A stretch of 64,000 bases of DNA from Candidatus Cloacimonadales bacterium (GCA_963665815.1 OY762463.1:3264001-3328000), one strand, 5' to 3'. Numbered from the stretch's first letter, positions 48,855 through 59,873 are shown. Numbers and translations are program-made. Notes: a model not told the origin generated them from the sequence alone.

Positions 48855-50057
48855 TTACAAAACCTTCTTGCCTGCTATATAAACGGCTTTTATTGCATCT
48901 CTTTTACTGACAAAGATCAGGTCTGAAAGAAGCTCATGGACTTCCATGCTTCTCAGTTTCATAAAGAGGAAATCTGCCTGTTTACCCACTTCGATTGAGC
49001 CGATAATATCATCCTTACGGAGTGCTTTTGCTGCTCCCAGAGTTGAGTAATAGAATGGAGCGGAAAGCGGCATGGAGAAATTATTCTGTCTGTAGAGCAT
49101 CATTTTCATAATGTACGGCATGTAAAGGCTTGTTCCTGCGCCAACATCAGAAGCAAGACCGAATAACAGGTCATGTTTGTGTGCTTTAATAACAGGGAAT
49201 TCTCCTGATCGCAGGAAGAAATTTGAATCAGGACAATGGGCAATGGTTGTGCCTGTGTTGTGCAGAAGATCCATTTCGTAGTCAGTAAGGTGGATACAGT
49301 GTCCCATAATGGTTTTAGGGGTAAGAATTCCGCAGTCATTATAGACATCTGCATACGGTTTATTATACATGCTTTTCACCAGTTCTACTTCTTTCAGGTT
49401 TTCCGAAAGGTGGGTCTGGATGTATGCGTTATTTTTCTGTGCGTAATCACCGGTCATTTTCATGAGTTTTTCCGAGCAGACCGGGACAAATCTTGGAGTA
49501 AACACGTACTCCAGCAGAGGTGTTTTCTTATTCCATTTCTCGAACAACTCTATACTCTGTTCAACGGATGCATCTGTATCTTCCTGAAGGAATTCCGGAG
49601 AATTACAGTCCATCATAACTTTACCGATTATGGTACGGACACCGAGTGATTCAGCAATTCTGAAAGCAGCTTCCGTGGCAGTCTTAAACACGGATGTATA
49701 CACCACAGAGGTTGTTGTTCCGCAGTGGATCAGTTCATTAAAGAATCGAAGAGCAGTTTCCAGGGCATAGTTCTCATCTGCTGATTTTCGTTCTTCACTG
49801 AAGATGTATTTATTAAGCCAGTCGAGCAGGGCAGGCTCGTATTTACCTCTTACAAAATACTGGGAGAGGTGTACATGAGTATCTATAAAACCGGGCATAC
49901 ATACAAAGCTTGTATAATCGGTAAATTCCTGATCAGGATCAATGCTTTCTGATATATTTACAATTTCAGATTCATCTATAGTGATAAAGACGTTTTGCTT
50001 AAGTTCTGCAGAGTCTTTTGATAAAGGATTCAGTATATTAGTCTTGAAAATTTGCAT
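48855..50057 (-). CDS. guaD: Guanine deaminase
   Basis: PGFIDTHVHLSQ, TPRF, QTHLSEN, HCPDSN and SDVGAG motifs. Confidence 0.88.
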   Translation of the reverse strand: MQIFKTNILNPLSKDSAELKQNVFITIDESEIVNISESIDPDQEFTDYTSFVCMPGFIDTHVHLSQYFVRGKYEPALLDWLNKYIFSEERKSADENYALETALRFFNELIHCGTTTSVVYTSVFKTATEAAFRIAESLGVRTIIGKVMMDCNSPEFLQEDTDASVEQSIELFEKWNKKTPLLEYVFTPRFVPVCSEKLMKMTGDYAQKNNAYIQTHLSENLKEVELVKSMYNKPYADVYNDCGILTPKTIMGHCIHLTDYEMDLLHNTGTTIAHCPDSNFFLRSGEFPVIKAHKHDLLFGLASDVGAGTSLYMPYIMKMMLYRQNNFSMPLSAPFYYSTLGAAKALRKDDIIGSIEVGKQADFLFMKLRSMEVHELLSDLIFVSKRDAIKAVYIAGKKVL

Positions 50058-50090
50058 AGCAATCCCCTGTAAGGTTAATATGATTTATTT

Positions 50091-51353
50091 TTAGTTTGTA
50101 TCCGGTAATCTGGAGATTTTTACTTTACTGATTTTTCTTCTTGTTACGTTAAGAATCTGAACTCTCCACCCGTTTATTGTGAGTTTTTGTCCTTGTGTAG
50201 GAATTCTTGATAGCTCATTAATGATCAATCCGGCTATAGTCTGATACTTGCTGCTTTCAGGCAGATCAAGATCATACAGATCGTTAAGATCATCAACATC
50301 TACATAACCTTGAACGATGTAAACTCCATCGCTTATAACTTCAATATCTTTTTCGATATCTTCATCATATTCGTCCTCAATTTCTCCAACAATTTCCTCG
50401 AGGATATCTTCAATAGTAACCAGACCGGCAGTTCCTCCATAAGAGTCTACAATAATGGTCATAGTGATTCTACGGGATTGCATTTCTCTGAGTAAGGTCA
50501 CAGCATCCATAGTTTCCGGTACGAAATAGGGAGCACGAACAAAGTCTTTAGCAGTCATTCCGGATGTATCTTTATGTTTAAGAAGATCATAAATGATCAG
50601 GATTCCAATTATCTTGTCCTGGGTGTCCTCATAGACTGGGAACCTGGTATAACCTTCTTCTCTGGCTATTTTAAGAATTTCCGGTACAGGAGTTGTATCT
50701 TCCAAAGCAATGAGATCAGTTCTGGGTATCATAACATTTCTTGCTTTAAGTTCGTTGAATTCAAGAGCTTCTACCAGCATTTCCCTTTGTTCTTCTTCCA
50801 GCTCTACTTCATCTTCATTTTCTGTAAGAAGATAATGGATATCGTCTCTGGTCAGCATAATATACTGATTTTCTTCAGGCAGCTTGAATCTTGAGGTCAG
50901 TGTTTTGTTAAGGATTGAGATTATAGCTACAAATGGTTTAAGCAGAATATAAAAGAATGTAACCAGGGAAAAAGTCTTTGGTACAAGTATATTTGCTCTT
51001 TCTCTATAGATTGATTTTGGGATAATCTCCGCAAAAAGAAGTATAGCAAAAGATGTTATCAGTGGTACAAGCTCTTTGTTGATCTTCACTGATGATTGAT
51101 AAATAAGCAGGTCTGCAAACAGCACACTTAAAGAAGAAACAATAACAATGGCTATATTGGTTCCAATAAGAGTTGTACCAAGCATTTTATCGGGTTTGTC
51201 CAGAAAATTAAGAATCCTTTTTTTAGTTTTGCTGTTTCTGGATTCTTTTTCAAGTTTAATTTTATCGAGTGATATCAGTCCGGTTTCCATTCCTGAGAAG
51301 AAACCAGATAAAAGGATGAAAAGAACAATCAATACAAAATATATTATTAGCAT
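50091..51353 (-). CDS. HlyC/CorC (CNNM-CBS-CorC) family protein
   Basis: SGFFSGMET, EIIPK, VMIPR, YTRFPV and TIEDILEEIVGEI motifs. Confidence 0.92.
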   Translation of the reverse strand: MLIIYFVLIVLFILLSGFFSGMETGLISLDKIKLEKESRNSKTKKRILNFLDKPDKMLGTTLIGTNIAIVIVSSLSVLFADLLIYQSSVKINKELVPLITSFAILLFAEIIPKSIYRERANILVPKTFSLVTFFYILLKPFVAIISILNKTLTSRFKLPEENQYIMLTRDDIHYLLTENEDEVELEEEQREMLVEALEFNELKARNVMIPRTDLIALEDTTPVPEILKIAREEGYTRFPVYEDTQDKIIGILIIYDLLKHKDTSGMTAKDFVRAPYFVPETMDAVTLLREMQSRRITMTIIVDSYGGTAGLVTIEDILEEIVGEIEDEYDEDIEKDIEVISDGVYIVQGYVDVDDLNDLYDLDLPESSKYQTIAGLIINELSRIPTQGQKLTINGWRVQILNVTRRKISKVKISRLPDTN

Positions 51354-51407
51354 TGTTCTTTCCGCTTATTTAAAAAATCAGCTTTTTTCCGGTCCATGAC
51401 TGTTTAA

Positions 51408-52475
51408 TCAGTTCTCCATTTTTTCGTTTTTATGAGCTAGCTTTAGTGCTTCAATAAACTCATCTATTTCGCCAACAAGAATTGCATCTAATTTATATGA
51501 TGTCAAATTTATTCTGTGATCAGTTACTCTGGATTGAGGAAAGTTGTATGTTCTTATTTTTGCAGAACGGTCACCTGTACCAACCTGAGATCTTCTCTGG
51601 GAAGATAATTCTGCTTCCTGCTTTGCAATCTCAATATCAAGAAGACGTGATCTGAGAACCTTCATAGCTTTAGCTTTGTTCTTAAGCTGAGACTTCTCGT
51701 CCTGACAGGTTACAACAGTGTTAGTCGGGATGTGAGTGATTCTGACAGCGGAGTCAGTTGTGTTCACACTCTGTCCACCGTGTCCGGAAGATCTGTATAC
51801 ATCGATTCTGAGATCGTTGTCACTTATTTCTATGTCAACATCATCTGCTTCAGGGAGTACTGCCACAGATATTGCTGAAGTGTGAATTCTGCCGCTTGAT
51901 TCAGTTTGTGGAACTCTCTGTACGCGATGAACACCGCTTTCGAAACGCATAATTCCATATACGTTTTCCCCTGACAGTGAAAATGATACTTCCTTTACTC
52001 CACCGATACCGGTTGAGTTGATAGAAAGAACCTGTTTCTTCCAGCCTTGCTTATCTGCAAAATATGAGTACATTCTGTATAAATCCGCAGCGAAAAGTGC
52101 AGCTTCATCTCCACCTGTTCCGGCTCTGATTTCCACAATCGCATCTTTTTCGTCATTAGGATCCTTAGGAGTCAATAGTTCCTTCAGCTCTTCAAGAAGC
52201 TTTTCTGCTTTTTCATGAAGTTCTTCGTTTTCGTCCTGAGCAAGTTTAATGAATTCTTTATCTGTTTCTTCCTGAATAATTTCTTTATTAGACTCAATTT
52301 CAGACTCTATTTCCTGAAGATCATTATAACATTTCATGATTTTTGCCAGTTCATTGTATCTTTTGGATAGTTTTCTGTATGAGCGCTGATCACTCATTTC
52401 AGAAGGATCCATTACTCTTTCGTGCAATTCTTTATATTCTGATTCAAGTCTTTCCATTTTATCTTTAGGAATCAT
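51408..52475 (-). CDS. prfA: Peptide chain release factor 1
   Basis: [16 protein letters not shown] (PxT), GGQ and RTYNFPQSR motifs; ATG at 52475. Confidence 0.97.
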   Translation of the reverse strand: MIPKDKMERLESEYKELHERVMDPSEMSDQRSYRKLSKRYNELAKIMKCYNDLQEIESEIESNKEIIQEETDKEFIKLAQDENEELHEKAEKLLEELKELLTPKDPNDEKDAIVEIRAGTGGDEAALFAADLYRMYSYFADKQGWKKQVLSINSTGIGGVKEVSFSLSGENVYGIMRFESGVHRVQRVPQTESSGRIHTSAISVAVLPEADDVDIEISDNDLRIDVYRSSGHGGQSVNTTDSAVRITHIPTNTVVTCQDEKSQLKNKAKAMKVLRSRLLDIEIAKQEAELSSQRRSQVGTGDRSAKIRTYNFPQSRVTDHRINLTSYKLDAILVGEIDEFIEALKLAHKNEKMEN

Positions 52476-52488
52476 GAGTTCTCCGTGA

Positions 52489-53487
52489 TTAATTTTGTGC
52501 TTTCTGTTTCTTTGCCTGTTCGGCTTCAATAATTTCGTCGGTAAGTTCTCTTACATCTCCATGCTCAGAGTAATCAAGATCAAGTGCACATTTCAATGCA
52601 ACAAGAGCAACTTCAATCTGATCATCAGAAGGAGGCTGAGTAGTTATTCTCTGAATAGCCATTCCGGGAACTGTCATCAGTTTGACTAATGGATGATGTA
52701 TATTTTTACCTGATAGTTTAAGCACTTCGTAAGAAATACCGGAAACAAAAGGTATAAGCAGAATATGGTACATCCATCTGACAGCATAGTGTGGCAAAGA
52801 ACCAAGTACATGTCCCACAATGAAATCAACTATTGTAAATACAAATAATGATATCAGTAGAACAAAGAACATAAAGCTTGTTCCACATCTTGGGTGAAGA
52901 GTAGAATACTTCTGTACTTTTTCAGGATTTAATTTATCCTGCTTTTCATAAGCATATACACTTTTATGTTCAGCTCCATGGTATTGGAACAGACGTTTCA
53001 CATCTTTCATAAATGAAATCAGCCACACATAGGTGACAAAGAATACTATTCTGATAAATCCGGCAACAAGGTTGAAGTATAGGTTATGTTTGTCCAGATC
53101 CAGCAGCTTTGCAGTAAAATAAGGTACAAACCCAAATAAGAACATTGCCAGTGCAAATGCAACAACATAACTCAGGGCTTCCTCGGTTTTCTTAGCTTTA
53201 TCAGATTTCTTTTTTGTGTTTTCATCTTCATTGTCAAGTTCCCAGCGTTGAGCAGAAAAACCCAGTGTTCTCATTCCGAGTCCCATCATCTCAATAAGAG
53301 ATGCAAAACCTCTTACTAATGGTAGTCCCAGAAATTTATTTTTCTGTGTAATCGAGATGAATTCTTCCTGTTTGACTTCAATAGAATTGTCTGCTCTTCG
53401 GACAGCAGTTGCAATCTTTTCCGGTCCGCGCATCATGACGCCTTCTATAACAGCCTGACCGCCAACTGCAATTTCTTTTCTTTTCAT
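52489..53487 (-). CDS. DUF1385 family membrane protein (YqhQ-like)
   Basis: [20 protein letters not shown] and HPRCGTSF motifs. Confidence 0.9.
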   Translation of the reverse strand: MKRKEIAVGGQAVIEGVMMRGPEKIATAVRRADNSIEVKQEEFISITQKNKFLGLPLVRGFASLIEMMGLGMRTLGFSAQRWELDNEDENTKKKSDKAKKTEEALSYVVAFALAMFLFGFVPYFTAKLLDLDKHNLYFNLVAGFIRIVFFVTYVWLISFMKDVKRLFQYHGAEHKSVYAYEKQDKLNPEKVQKYSTLHPRCGTSFMFFVLLISLFVFTIVDFIVGHVLGSLPHYAVRWMYHILLIPFVSGISYEVLKLSGKNIHHPLVKLMTVPGMAIQRITTQPPSDDQIEVALVALKCALDLDYSEHGDVRELTDEIIEAEQAKKQKAQN

Positions 53488-53514
53488 TAGTATCCCTTGT
53501 TTCCCTCAGGAATT

Positions 53515-53550
53515 AAAAAAAACACCACATAACAAATGTTAAGTGGTGTT
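53515..53550 (-). terminator. Intrinsic terminator after rpmE
   Basis: On -: AACACCAC..GTGGTG followed by T8. Confidence 0.7.
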
Positions 53551-53564
53551 AAAAATATTAAAAG

Positions 53565-53774
53565 CTAGTTTTTGCTTTTAAGATTATATTTACGATTGAA
53601 TTTTTCAACTCTACCGGCAGTATCCATCATTTTTTGCTTACCGGTATAAAACGGGTGACATGCTGAACAAATATCAACTTTAAGTGTTGAACTTGTACTG
53701 CGTGTCTCAAAAGTGTTACCACATGAACAAGTAACAGTAATCTTTTCGTATTTAGGATGAGTCTTTTCTTTCAT
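53565..53774 (-). CDS. rpmE: 50S ribosomal protein L31 (Zn-binding type)
   Basis: [18 protein letters not shown] and GRVEKF motifs. Confidence 0.97.
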   Translation of the reverse strand: MKEKTHPKYEKITVTCSCGNTFETRSTSSTLKVDICSACHPFYTGKQKMMDTAGRVEKFNRKYNLKSKN

Positions 53775-54147
53775 TCTGTTCTCCTCAGCTTTCCTAATTA
53801 AACTCTATTTTTCTTTTAAATTCTTAGTTTAATGTCTTCACATATAAATATATTAAGATTGTCATAATTTTCAGCAAGGTTTTACTGTCAAATAATTTTA
53901 TAAATTTCCTGTTTTTACCGAATTGTGTATTTTAGATGAAGCAGAAAATTTATTTTTACATAAGTTTGCGGAATGTATATTTATTATTGAATTTAAGCTC
54001 AATTTATGCTGTGTAATCTCAGGATAGAATGGTGTATTTTACTATAATACAGTCGTTTGGAAGTAATAAAAGTCTTGACTCCTGTCTTGGAGTATACTTA
54101 TACTGTCGCAGTATTTACCTTAACCGAAATTTTATTCAGGGGTCCTT

Positions 54148-54969
54148 ATGAAGAAATTTATATTACGTTTTCTATTGGCTGTGTTTATCATTTTTGCAGT
54201 CTCAATCTGGCCAGGCAATAACTGGCTGCAGATTTCTAATTACACATTTAAAAGTAAAAATGTTCCTCAGGAGTTCAATGGCTTCAAGATCGTGCAAATA
54301 TCTGATCTGCACTGCAAAGAGTTCGGGAAACACAATTCCAGACTGTTGAAACATGTGAAGAAACTGAAACCGGACATTATTGTACTTACAGGTGATGTAA
54401 TTGATTACAAAGTTATGAATATGGTAATGGTAGAATCTCTCGCGGAACAGCTCCCGAAGATTGCTCCGGTTTACTACATTACGGGAAATCATGAGCACTG
54501 GTCTGATCTTGTTAAAGATATGGAAATAATAATGAAAGATAATGATATAAACCTGATGGATAACGAAAGAAAGAAGATAAAACGTGATGGAGCTAAAATT
54601 TATTTGAGCGGTATTGCCGATCCGGAAGGTTTCAAATCCAATTCTGATTTTACTAAGAAACTCAAAAAACTCAGGAAGAACAGAGAATTAAATATATTGC
54701 TATCACATAGAGCGGAAAGATTTCAACAATACACTGAGACAGGTTATGATCTGGTTTTTGCAGGGCATGCACATGGTGGACAGTTCAGAATACCGTTTGG
54801 TGGTGGAATTGTTTCTCCCAATCAAGGTTATTTTCCAAAATACACAGATGGTATGCATGTGAAGGACGGTACATCCATGGTTATCAGTAGAGGACTGGGT
54901 AATTCTGTGATTCCATTCCGTGTGTTCAACAGACCTGAAATTGTTGTTGTTACTCTGGAGACAGAATAG
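54148..54969 (+). CDS. YkuE-like metallophosphoesterase
   Basis: SDLH, TGD, GNHE, LLSH, GHAHGGQ and SRGLG motifs. Confidence 0.9.
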   Translation: MKKFILRFLLAVFIIFAVSIWPGNNWLQISNYTFKSKNVPQEFNGFKIVQISDLHCKEFGKHNSRLLKHVKKLKPDIIVLTGDVIDYKVMNMVMVESLAEQLPKIAPVYYITGNHEHWSDLVKDMEIIMKDNDINLMDNERKKIKRDGAKIYLSGIADPEGFKSNSDFTKKLKKLRKNRELNILLSHRAERFQQYTETGYDLVFAGHAHGGQFRIPFGGGIVSPNQGYFPKYTDGMHVKDGTSMVISRGLGNSVIPFRVFNRPEIVVVTLETE

Positions 54970-55071
54970 GAATTAGGAATACTGTAATCAACTTTATGAT
55001 TTAAAGTTGACATCTAACCTGCTGAAAATTATTTAATAAATCCTAAAATAATCCGTTTACAGGAAGAAAAT

Positions 55072-56178
55072 TTGAATATACTGTATGTTTCCAATAAAAA
55101 GAAATGGGGTGGAATAGTAAGCTGGATGGAGAAAACTGCATTAAGTTTACAGAAGCGAGGTCATAAAGTCTGGATCTTTTCTCATCCTGATTCAGAATTT
55201 ACGAGAAAGGCATCTGATTCGCTGAATCTTATTCCATTCAGGATTGGTAACGAAAATAATCCGGTAATCTTGTTCAAACTTATAAAATTCATTAAAAGGA
55301 ATAATATACAAGTTCTTGTCTCAAATATAAAAAAAGAATCTGTTATATGTGCCAGAGCAGCAAAAAAGATGAATATAGTGCATATAAGAAGAATAGGCAA
55401 CGAAAAAGATCTTAATCATCCTGCAGTGCAGAGGCTATACAAAAGAAGTATGGTTGATGTTACGATTACACCATGTGAAGATGTGATAACCAAAGTTGTC
55501 GGAATGCATGATTTTGTGGGAAGTTCAGACTTTGCTTGTATTCATAACGGGAGAAATCCTCAGAGTTTTTCTGATAAGTTAGTTTGCTTGTATAAAAAGG
55601 AATTTTCTGTTCCCGAAGATGGTCTGATTCTTGGAGTTCTCTGTCAGCTTGTTATACCTAAGAACATTCCGGGAATTATTCGAACATTTAGAAATGTATT
55701 AAAAACTCATCCCGATACATATCTTGTTGTCGCAGGAAAGGGTCCCGAGGAAGACAATATCAGAAAGATGATTGCTGAGTATGATATTAAGGACAGATGT
55801 CTGATGATCGGGTTTGTAAAGGATACTCTAAAATTTTCTGCATTGACAGATATTGGAATACTGTTTTCTGATATAGAGGGATTTTCAAACTCTGTCGTGG
55901 AATTCATGTCAGTTGGAACACCTGTGATTTGTACTGATGTCGGGGGACAACGTGAGATTGTCAGGGATGGTCTTAATGGCTTTCTTGTTGAACCTGGTGA
56001 TGAACGAGCTCTGGAACAAAAAATTCTTGAACTGCTGAGTGATAAATCCAAACTTGACAGTATGGGGAAAAGAGCCTTTGATAATGTAAAAAATGAGTTT
56101 TCTGAAGATGGAATGATTAACAAAATAGAGCAGTTATATCAAAAAAAAATAAATAAAAAAGGGAAAATAAAGAGATAG
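55072..56178 (+). CDS. Glycosyltransferase family 4
   Basis: IHNG, EGFSNSVVEFMSVGTPVI (ExxxxxxxE) and TDVGG motifs. Confidence 0.9.
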   Translation: MNILYVSNKKKWGGIVSWMEKTALSLQKRGHKVWIFSHPDSEFTRKASDSLNLIPFRIGNENNPVILFKLIKFIKRNNIQVLVSNIKKESVICARAAKKMNIVHIRRIGNEKDLNHPAVQRLYKRSMVDVTITPCEDVITKVVGMHDFVGSSDFACIHNGRNPQSFSDKLVCLYKKEFSVPEDGLILGVLCQLVIPKNIPGIIRTFRNVLKTHPDTYLVVAGKGPEEDNIRKMIAEYDIKDRCLMIGFVKDTLKFSALTDIGILFSDIEGFSNSVVEFMSVGTPVICTDVGGQREIVRDGLNGFLVEPGDERALEQKILELLSDKSKLDSMGKRAFDNVKNEFSEDGMINKIEQLYQKKINKKGKIKR

Positions 56179-56181
56179 AAT

Positions 56182-57174
56182 ATGAAAATTGGAATATTGA
56201 CATCATTGAATAAGTCTTATCATCATTTTGAGACGGTTTGTAAAGAACTGAAAATAGATTATGAACTCATTAACCTTGCTTCATCAAACTGGTTAGATAA
56301 TATCAGAAATTCAGATTGTGATGGTTTTATTTGTCGACCTTCATCCACATATCAGGAAAGAAAATCAATGTGGGATGAAAAGCTGTACGTTATTAATAAA
56401 CTGATGGGAAGACATATCTATCCTTCCTACGAAGAGCTCTTCATTTATGAGAACAAAAAAATGATGTCTTACTGGTTGAAACTGAATAATTTTCCACATG
56501 CCGATACATTTGTATTCTACTCAAAAAAAGAATACAAAGATTTCATTAAAAAAACCCGGTTTCCAATGGTTTTCAAAACAAGCATCGGAGCATCCGCAAA
56601 AGGAGTTCAGATTGTGAAAAGCAGAGGACAGGCAGCAGCAATAGGCAGGAAGGCTTTTGGCCCTATGGGGGCAAAGATGAGTCTTGGTTATACTCCACAA
56701 AAAACAGGGAAAGTTGTTAAATTGCCTTCATTCGGTACATCTCAAAGACATTTTGTAATACTTCAAAAGCATATTAATGTTAAGTGGGAATGGAGAATGA
56801 TTCGCATAGGTGAATCGTATTTCGGACATAAAAAGCTTCTTAAAGGTGATTTTGCCAGTGGAAGCGGAAAAGTTGGCTGGGGTGCTCCTCCGGAAGAGCT
56901 GCTTTATATGTTGAAAGATGTCTGTGATACCGGAAATTTCAAGTCTATGGCAATGGATGTGTTTGAGACAGAAAACGGTGAATTCTATATCAATGAGCTT
57001 CAATCCATTTTCGGATCAGTGAACAATTCTCAGATGTTTGTTGAGGGAAAACCGGGGAGATATCTTTTTGATGACAATAAGTTTAAGTTTGAAGAGGGTG
57101 AGTTTAATCATCATGGCAGCAATGTTCTGAGAATAAAACATTTTCTGCAGATTCTGGAAGGAGAAAAGAAGTGA
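56182..57174 (+). CDS. ATP-grasp (RimK-like) ligase
   Basis: YENK, PMVFKTSIGASAKGV, LQKHI, EWR, AMDVFE and YINELQ motifs. Confidence 0.82.
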   Translation: MKIGILTSLNKSYHHFETVCKELKIDYELINLASSNWLDNIRNSDCDGFICRPSSTYQERKSMWDEKLYVINKLMGRHIYPSYEELFIYENKKMMSYWLKLNNFPHADTFVFYSKKEYKDFIKKTRFPMVFKTSIGASAKGVQIVKSRGQAAAIGRKAFGPMGAKMSLGYTPQKTGKVVKLPSFGTSQRHFVILQKHINVKWEWRMIRIGESYFGHKKLLKGDFASGSGKVGWGAPPEELLYMLKDVCDTGNFKSMAMDVFETENGEFYINELQSIFGSVNNSQMFVEGKPGRYLFDDNKFKFEEGEFNHHGSNVLRIKHFLQILEGEKK

Positions 57175-58103
57175 GAATCGGACTTATAAAACCGGATTAT
57201 CCTGATGAAAAAAGAGTAGCTCTTTTGCCGGAAGATATACAGGATTTTGAGAATGAACTTGTTGTAGAAACAGGATTTGGAGAATATCTGGATGTTTCTG
57301 ACGATGAATACATTGCTAAAGGCTGTATAATCAAAGGTCGGGGAGAAATCTACAGAGAATGTGATACAATCTTCAATCTAAAACTTACACAACCTTCTGA
57401 CTATGAGTATCTGCGTGAAAATCAGATGATTATAGGATGGACTCACCCAACCGGTTCCGGAACAGATTTCATGGAAAAACAAGCTATACCGAAGAAACTG
57501 ATTATAGTTGATCTGGATAATATCTTTCCATTTATATTTACCGCTGATCGAAAAATCTCTATAGATTTCCTTAAACCGAATTTCATCTGGAAAAACAGTT
57601 TTATGGCAGGATACAGTTCAACAATTCATGCTCTGGTATCCTTCGGGATGGTTCCTGATTCCAGTACTAAAGTTGCTGTGCTTTCGAGTGGTAATGTCGC
57701 ACAGGGTGCATATAATGCAATCACAGGCTATAATTGTGATGTAAGAATGTTTTACAGGAAAACCATGAATGAATTTTATGATTCCATCAAAGATTATAAT
57801 TTAATTATAAATGGAATAGAGATAGATTCCGATAATGAGCACATTATAACAAAGAAACAACTTGATACTTTGCGAAAGGGAACGTTTATAATTGATGCGG
57901 CCGCAGATGCCGGCAGAGCAGTAGAAGGTACTCATTACACTAGTATATCTAAGCCGGTGTACAAAGAAAATGGTTTGTACTTCTATGAAGTTAATAATTC
58001 TCCCTCAATTTTTTACAGGAAAAGCAGCAGTATAATCAGTAAAGTAATGTCTGACATCGTTTTCAGTAAAGATGTTAAGAGATACTGGGATCTTATCAGT
58101 TAA
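57171..58103 (+). CDS. ceo: N5-(carboxyethyl)ornithine synthase (AlaDH/PNT family)
   Basis: EKRVALLPEDI, GFGEYLD, IIGWTHP, NSFMAGY, SGNVAQG, RKTM and IIDAAAD closely follow Lactococcus CEOS as recalled; not aligned by tool. Confidence 0.85.
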   Translation: MRIGLIKPDYPDEKRVALLPEDIQDFENELVVETGFGEYLDVSDDEYIAKGCIIKGRGEIYRECDTIFNLKLTQPSDYEYLRENQMIIGWTHPTGSGTDFMEKQAIPKKLIIVDLDNIFPFIFTADRKISIDFLKPNFIWKNSFMAGYSSTIHALVSFGMVPDSSTKVAVLSSGNVAQGAYNAITGYNCDVRMFYRKTMNEFYDSIKDYNLIINGIEIDSDNEHIITKKQLDTLRKGTFIIDAAADAGRAVEGTHYTSISKPVYKENGLYFYEVNNSPSIFYRKSSSIISKVMSDIVFSKDVKRYWDLIS

Positions 58104-58127
58104 GGAATATTATTAATAAATCAAAAA

Positions 58128-58545
58128 TAGGCATCCCCCCGAAACCTAAATACAATATATGTATAACTTATAATAAATAAAAGTTTTGAAACAGTAAATC
58201 AGTGGAAAATATGAATCAATGTAATAGCTTTGAACTAAGTATGATTGTTTTTAATTGATAGTATTTTCTCTTTTTTGTCCGTATAGTAAATTTTCCCGCT
58301 AAGAAATCCTGAAGCCTTGGAAGGATTTTAGGGAGGATTTACGGTTTCAGCTTGCTGAAAATACATTTAGATGAAATTCACTAATTTCATCAACTACTCC
58401 CAATCTAAAAAAGAGTGCCTTTCTTTTGTTTCGTTTTCTTTGGCACCAAAGAAAATGAAGAGTGCATTTTTCTAAGAAATGTCTGCCAAAAATCCTTCCA
58501 ATCTTCTTTAAGTCAGATTTTCAAGAAAAAACGGGGAGATACCAA
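58128..58545. mobile_element. MITE-like element, copy 2 (418 bp, inverted relative to copy 1)
   Basis: TIRs TAGGCATCCCCCCG / CGGGGAGATACCAA. The body matches the reverse complement of 14276-14659 plus a ~35-nt insertion. Degenerate 15-bp flanking repeat (12/15). Confidence 0.85.
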
Positions 58546-58587
58546 CAAAAAAATCAAAAAACATTGACAAAAATCCACTGAATCCTA

Positions 58588-58612
58588 ACTGTATATACAT
58601 GGAATACACAGT
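58588..58612. promoter_or_regulatory. Putative YtrA-type GntR operator
   Basis: Imperfect inverted repeat ACTGTATAT..ATACACAGT between TTGACA (58564) and the gntR start. Confidence 0.55.
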
Positions 58613-58624
58613 AAGGACTGATTA

Positions 58625-59002
58625 ATGAAGATTATGCTCTCAAATGCTTCAGTAGACGCTTTCTACGAGCAGATTTACAAGCAGATCGCTGCCATGATTA
58701 TGAATGGGCGGATTAAGCCTGATGTTATGCTTCCCTCAATTCGGAAGCTGGCTGTTGATCTTGGAGTGAGTGTTATCACAGTAAAAAAAGCTTATGAGAG
58801 ACTCGAGCTGAACGGCTTCATTAATACTATGGCAGGAAAAGGGTGTTTTGCTGCAAAACTGAATCCAGAGCAAATAGAAAATTCACGTAGAAAAATGATG
58901 GAAAAAGATATAAAACAAATCGTAAACAATGCTAAGAAATTCGGAATAAACATTGAAGAACTAAACGAAATGATTTGGGAAGAGCATATTAAGGAGGATT
59001 GA
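58625..59002 (+). CDS. GntR family (YtrA subfamily) regulator
   Basis: YEQI, LPSIRKLA, SVITVKKAY and GKGCF motifs; short C-terminus; precedes an ABC ATPase. Confidence 0.92.
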   Translation: MKIMLSNASVDAFYEQIYKQIAAMIMNGRIKPDVMLPSIRKLAVDLGVSVITVKKAYERLELNGFINTMAGKGCFAAKLNPEQIENSRRKMMEKDIKQIVNNAKKFGINIEELNEMIWEEHIKED

Positions 59003-59868
59003 TGTCAAACATTGTAGAAATAAATGGAGTATGTAAAAAGAGACGTAAATTCCTGATGGAAGATGTGAGTTTCTCACTTCCTTATGGCTATATTATGGGA
59101 TTGATAGGGGAGAACGGAGCGGGGAAAAGTACGCTAATCCATCTGCTTACGAACCTTCTTATTCCCGACTCAGGCACAATCAAGATATTCGGGAAAGAGT
59201 ATGCCGAATGTGAGGAAGAGATCAAAGAAGACATCGGATTTGTGTATGATACTCCATATCTGCAGGATTCGTACAGACTGCGTGATCTCAAGAATATGAT
59301 TTCTATTTTCTACAGGAATTGGGATGACAGTTTATACACTAAATACATGAAAATGTTCAATCTGGATGAGAAAGATGTTTTTGGTAAGTTATCCAAAGGT
59401 AACCAGATGAGGTTCTGCATTGTACTGGCACTTTCTCACAGACCTAAACTCCTGCTGATGGACGAACCGACTGCAGGGCTTGATCCGGTGATACGTCTTG
59501 AACTGCTGGAGCTGCTTTCTGAGATTATTGCAACGGAAGAATGCTCTATCATTTATTCATCGCATATAACGTCGGATCTGGATGATAGAGCAGATTACAT
59601 CGGGCTGATAAGGGAAGGCAGAATGATTCTGTATTCGGACAGGGAGTCAATAGCGGAACAATATGCAATTGTGAAGGGTGATCAGAACCTTATGCGATAC
59701 ATGAACCACTTTGCAGGCTATAGAGAGAAAAACGGATTGATAGAAGCTCTTACTTTCAATAAAGAGTTCCTGATGAAATCACAGAAGGATATTGTTGTTG
59801 AACCTGTTAATTTACAGCAGCTCATGTTCTTCACCAGTGGTAACAGATACAATAAAAACAGGATATAG
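59002..59868 (+). CDS. ABC transporter ATP-binding protein
   Basis: GENGAGKS, LSKG, MDEPTAGLDP and SSH motifs; TGATG coupling with gntR. Confidence 0.92.
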   Translation: MSNIVEINGVCKKRRKFLMEDVSFSLPYGYIMGLIGENGAGKSTLIHLLTNLLIPDSGTIKIFGKEYAECEEEIKEDIGFVYDTPYLQDSYRLRDLKNMISIFYRNWDDSLYTKYMKMFNLDEKDVFGKLSKGNQMRFCIVLALSHRPKLLLMDEPTAGLDPVIRLELLELLSEIIATEECSIIYSSHITSDLDDRADYIGLIREGRMILYSDRESIAEQYAIVKGDQNLMRYMNHFAGYREKNGLIEALTFNKEFLMKSQKDIVVEPVNLQQLMFFTSGNRYNKNRI

Positions 59869-59873
59869 CTCTT

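Noticed and set aside
48811..48856. Pyrimidine-rich TTCGTGTCCTTTAGTGTATTTC tract between the NACHT gene and guaD, resembling a dispersed intergenic repeat
   Set aside because: It is a single degenerate copy in the window and cannot be supported as a repeat.
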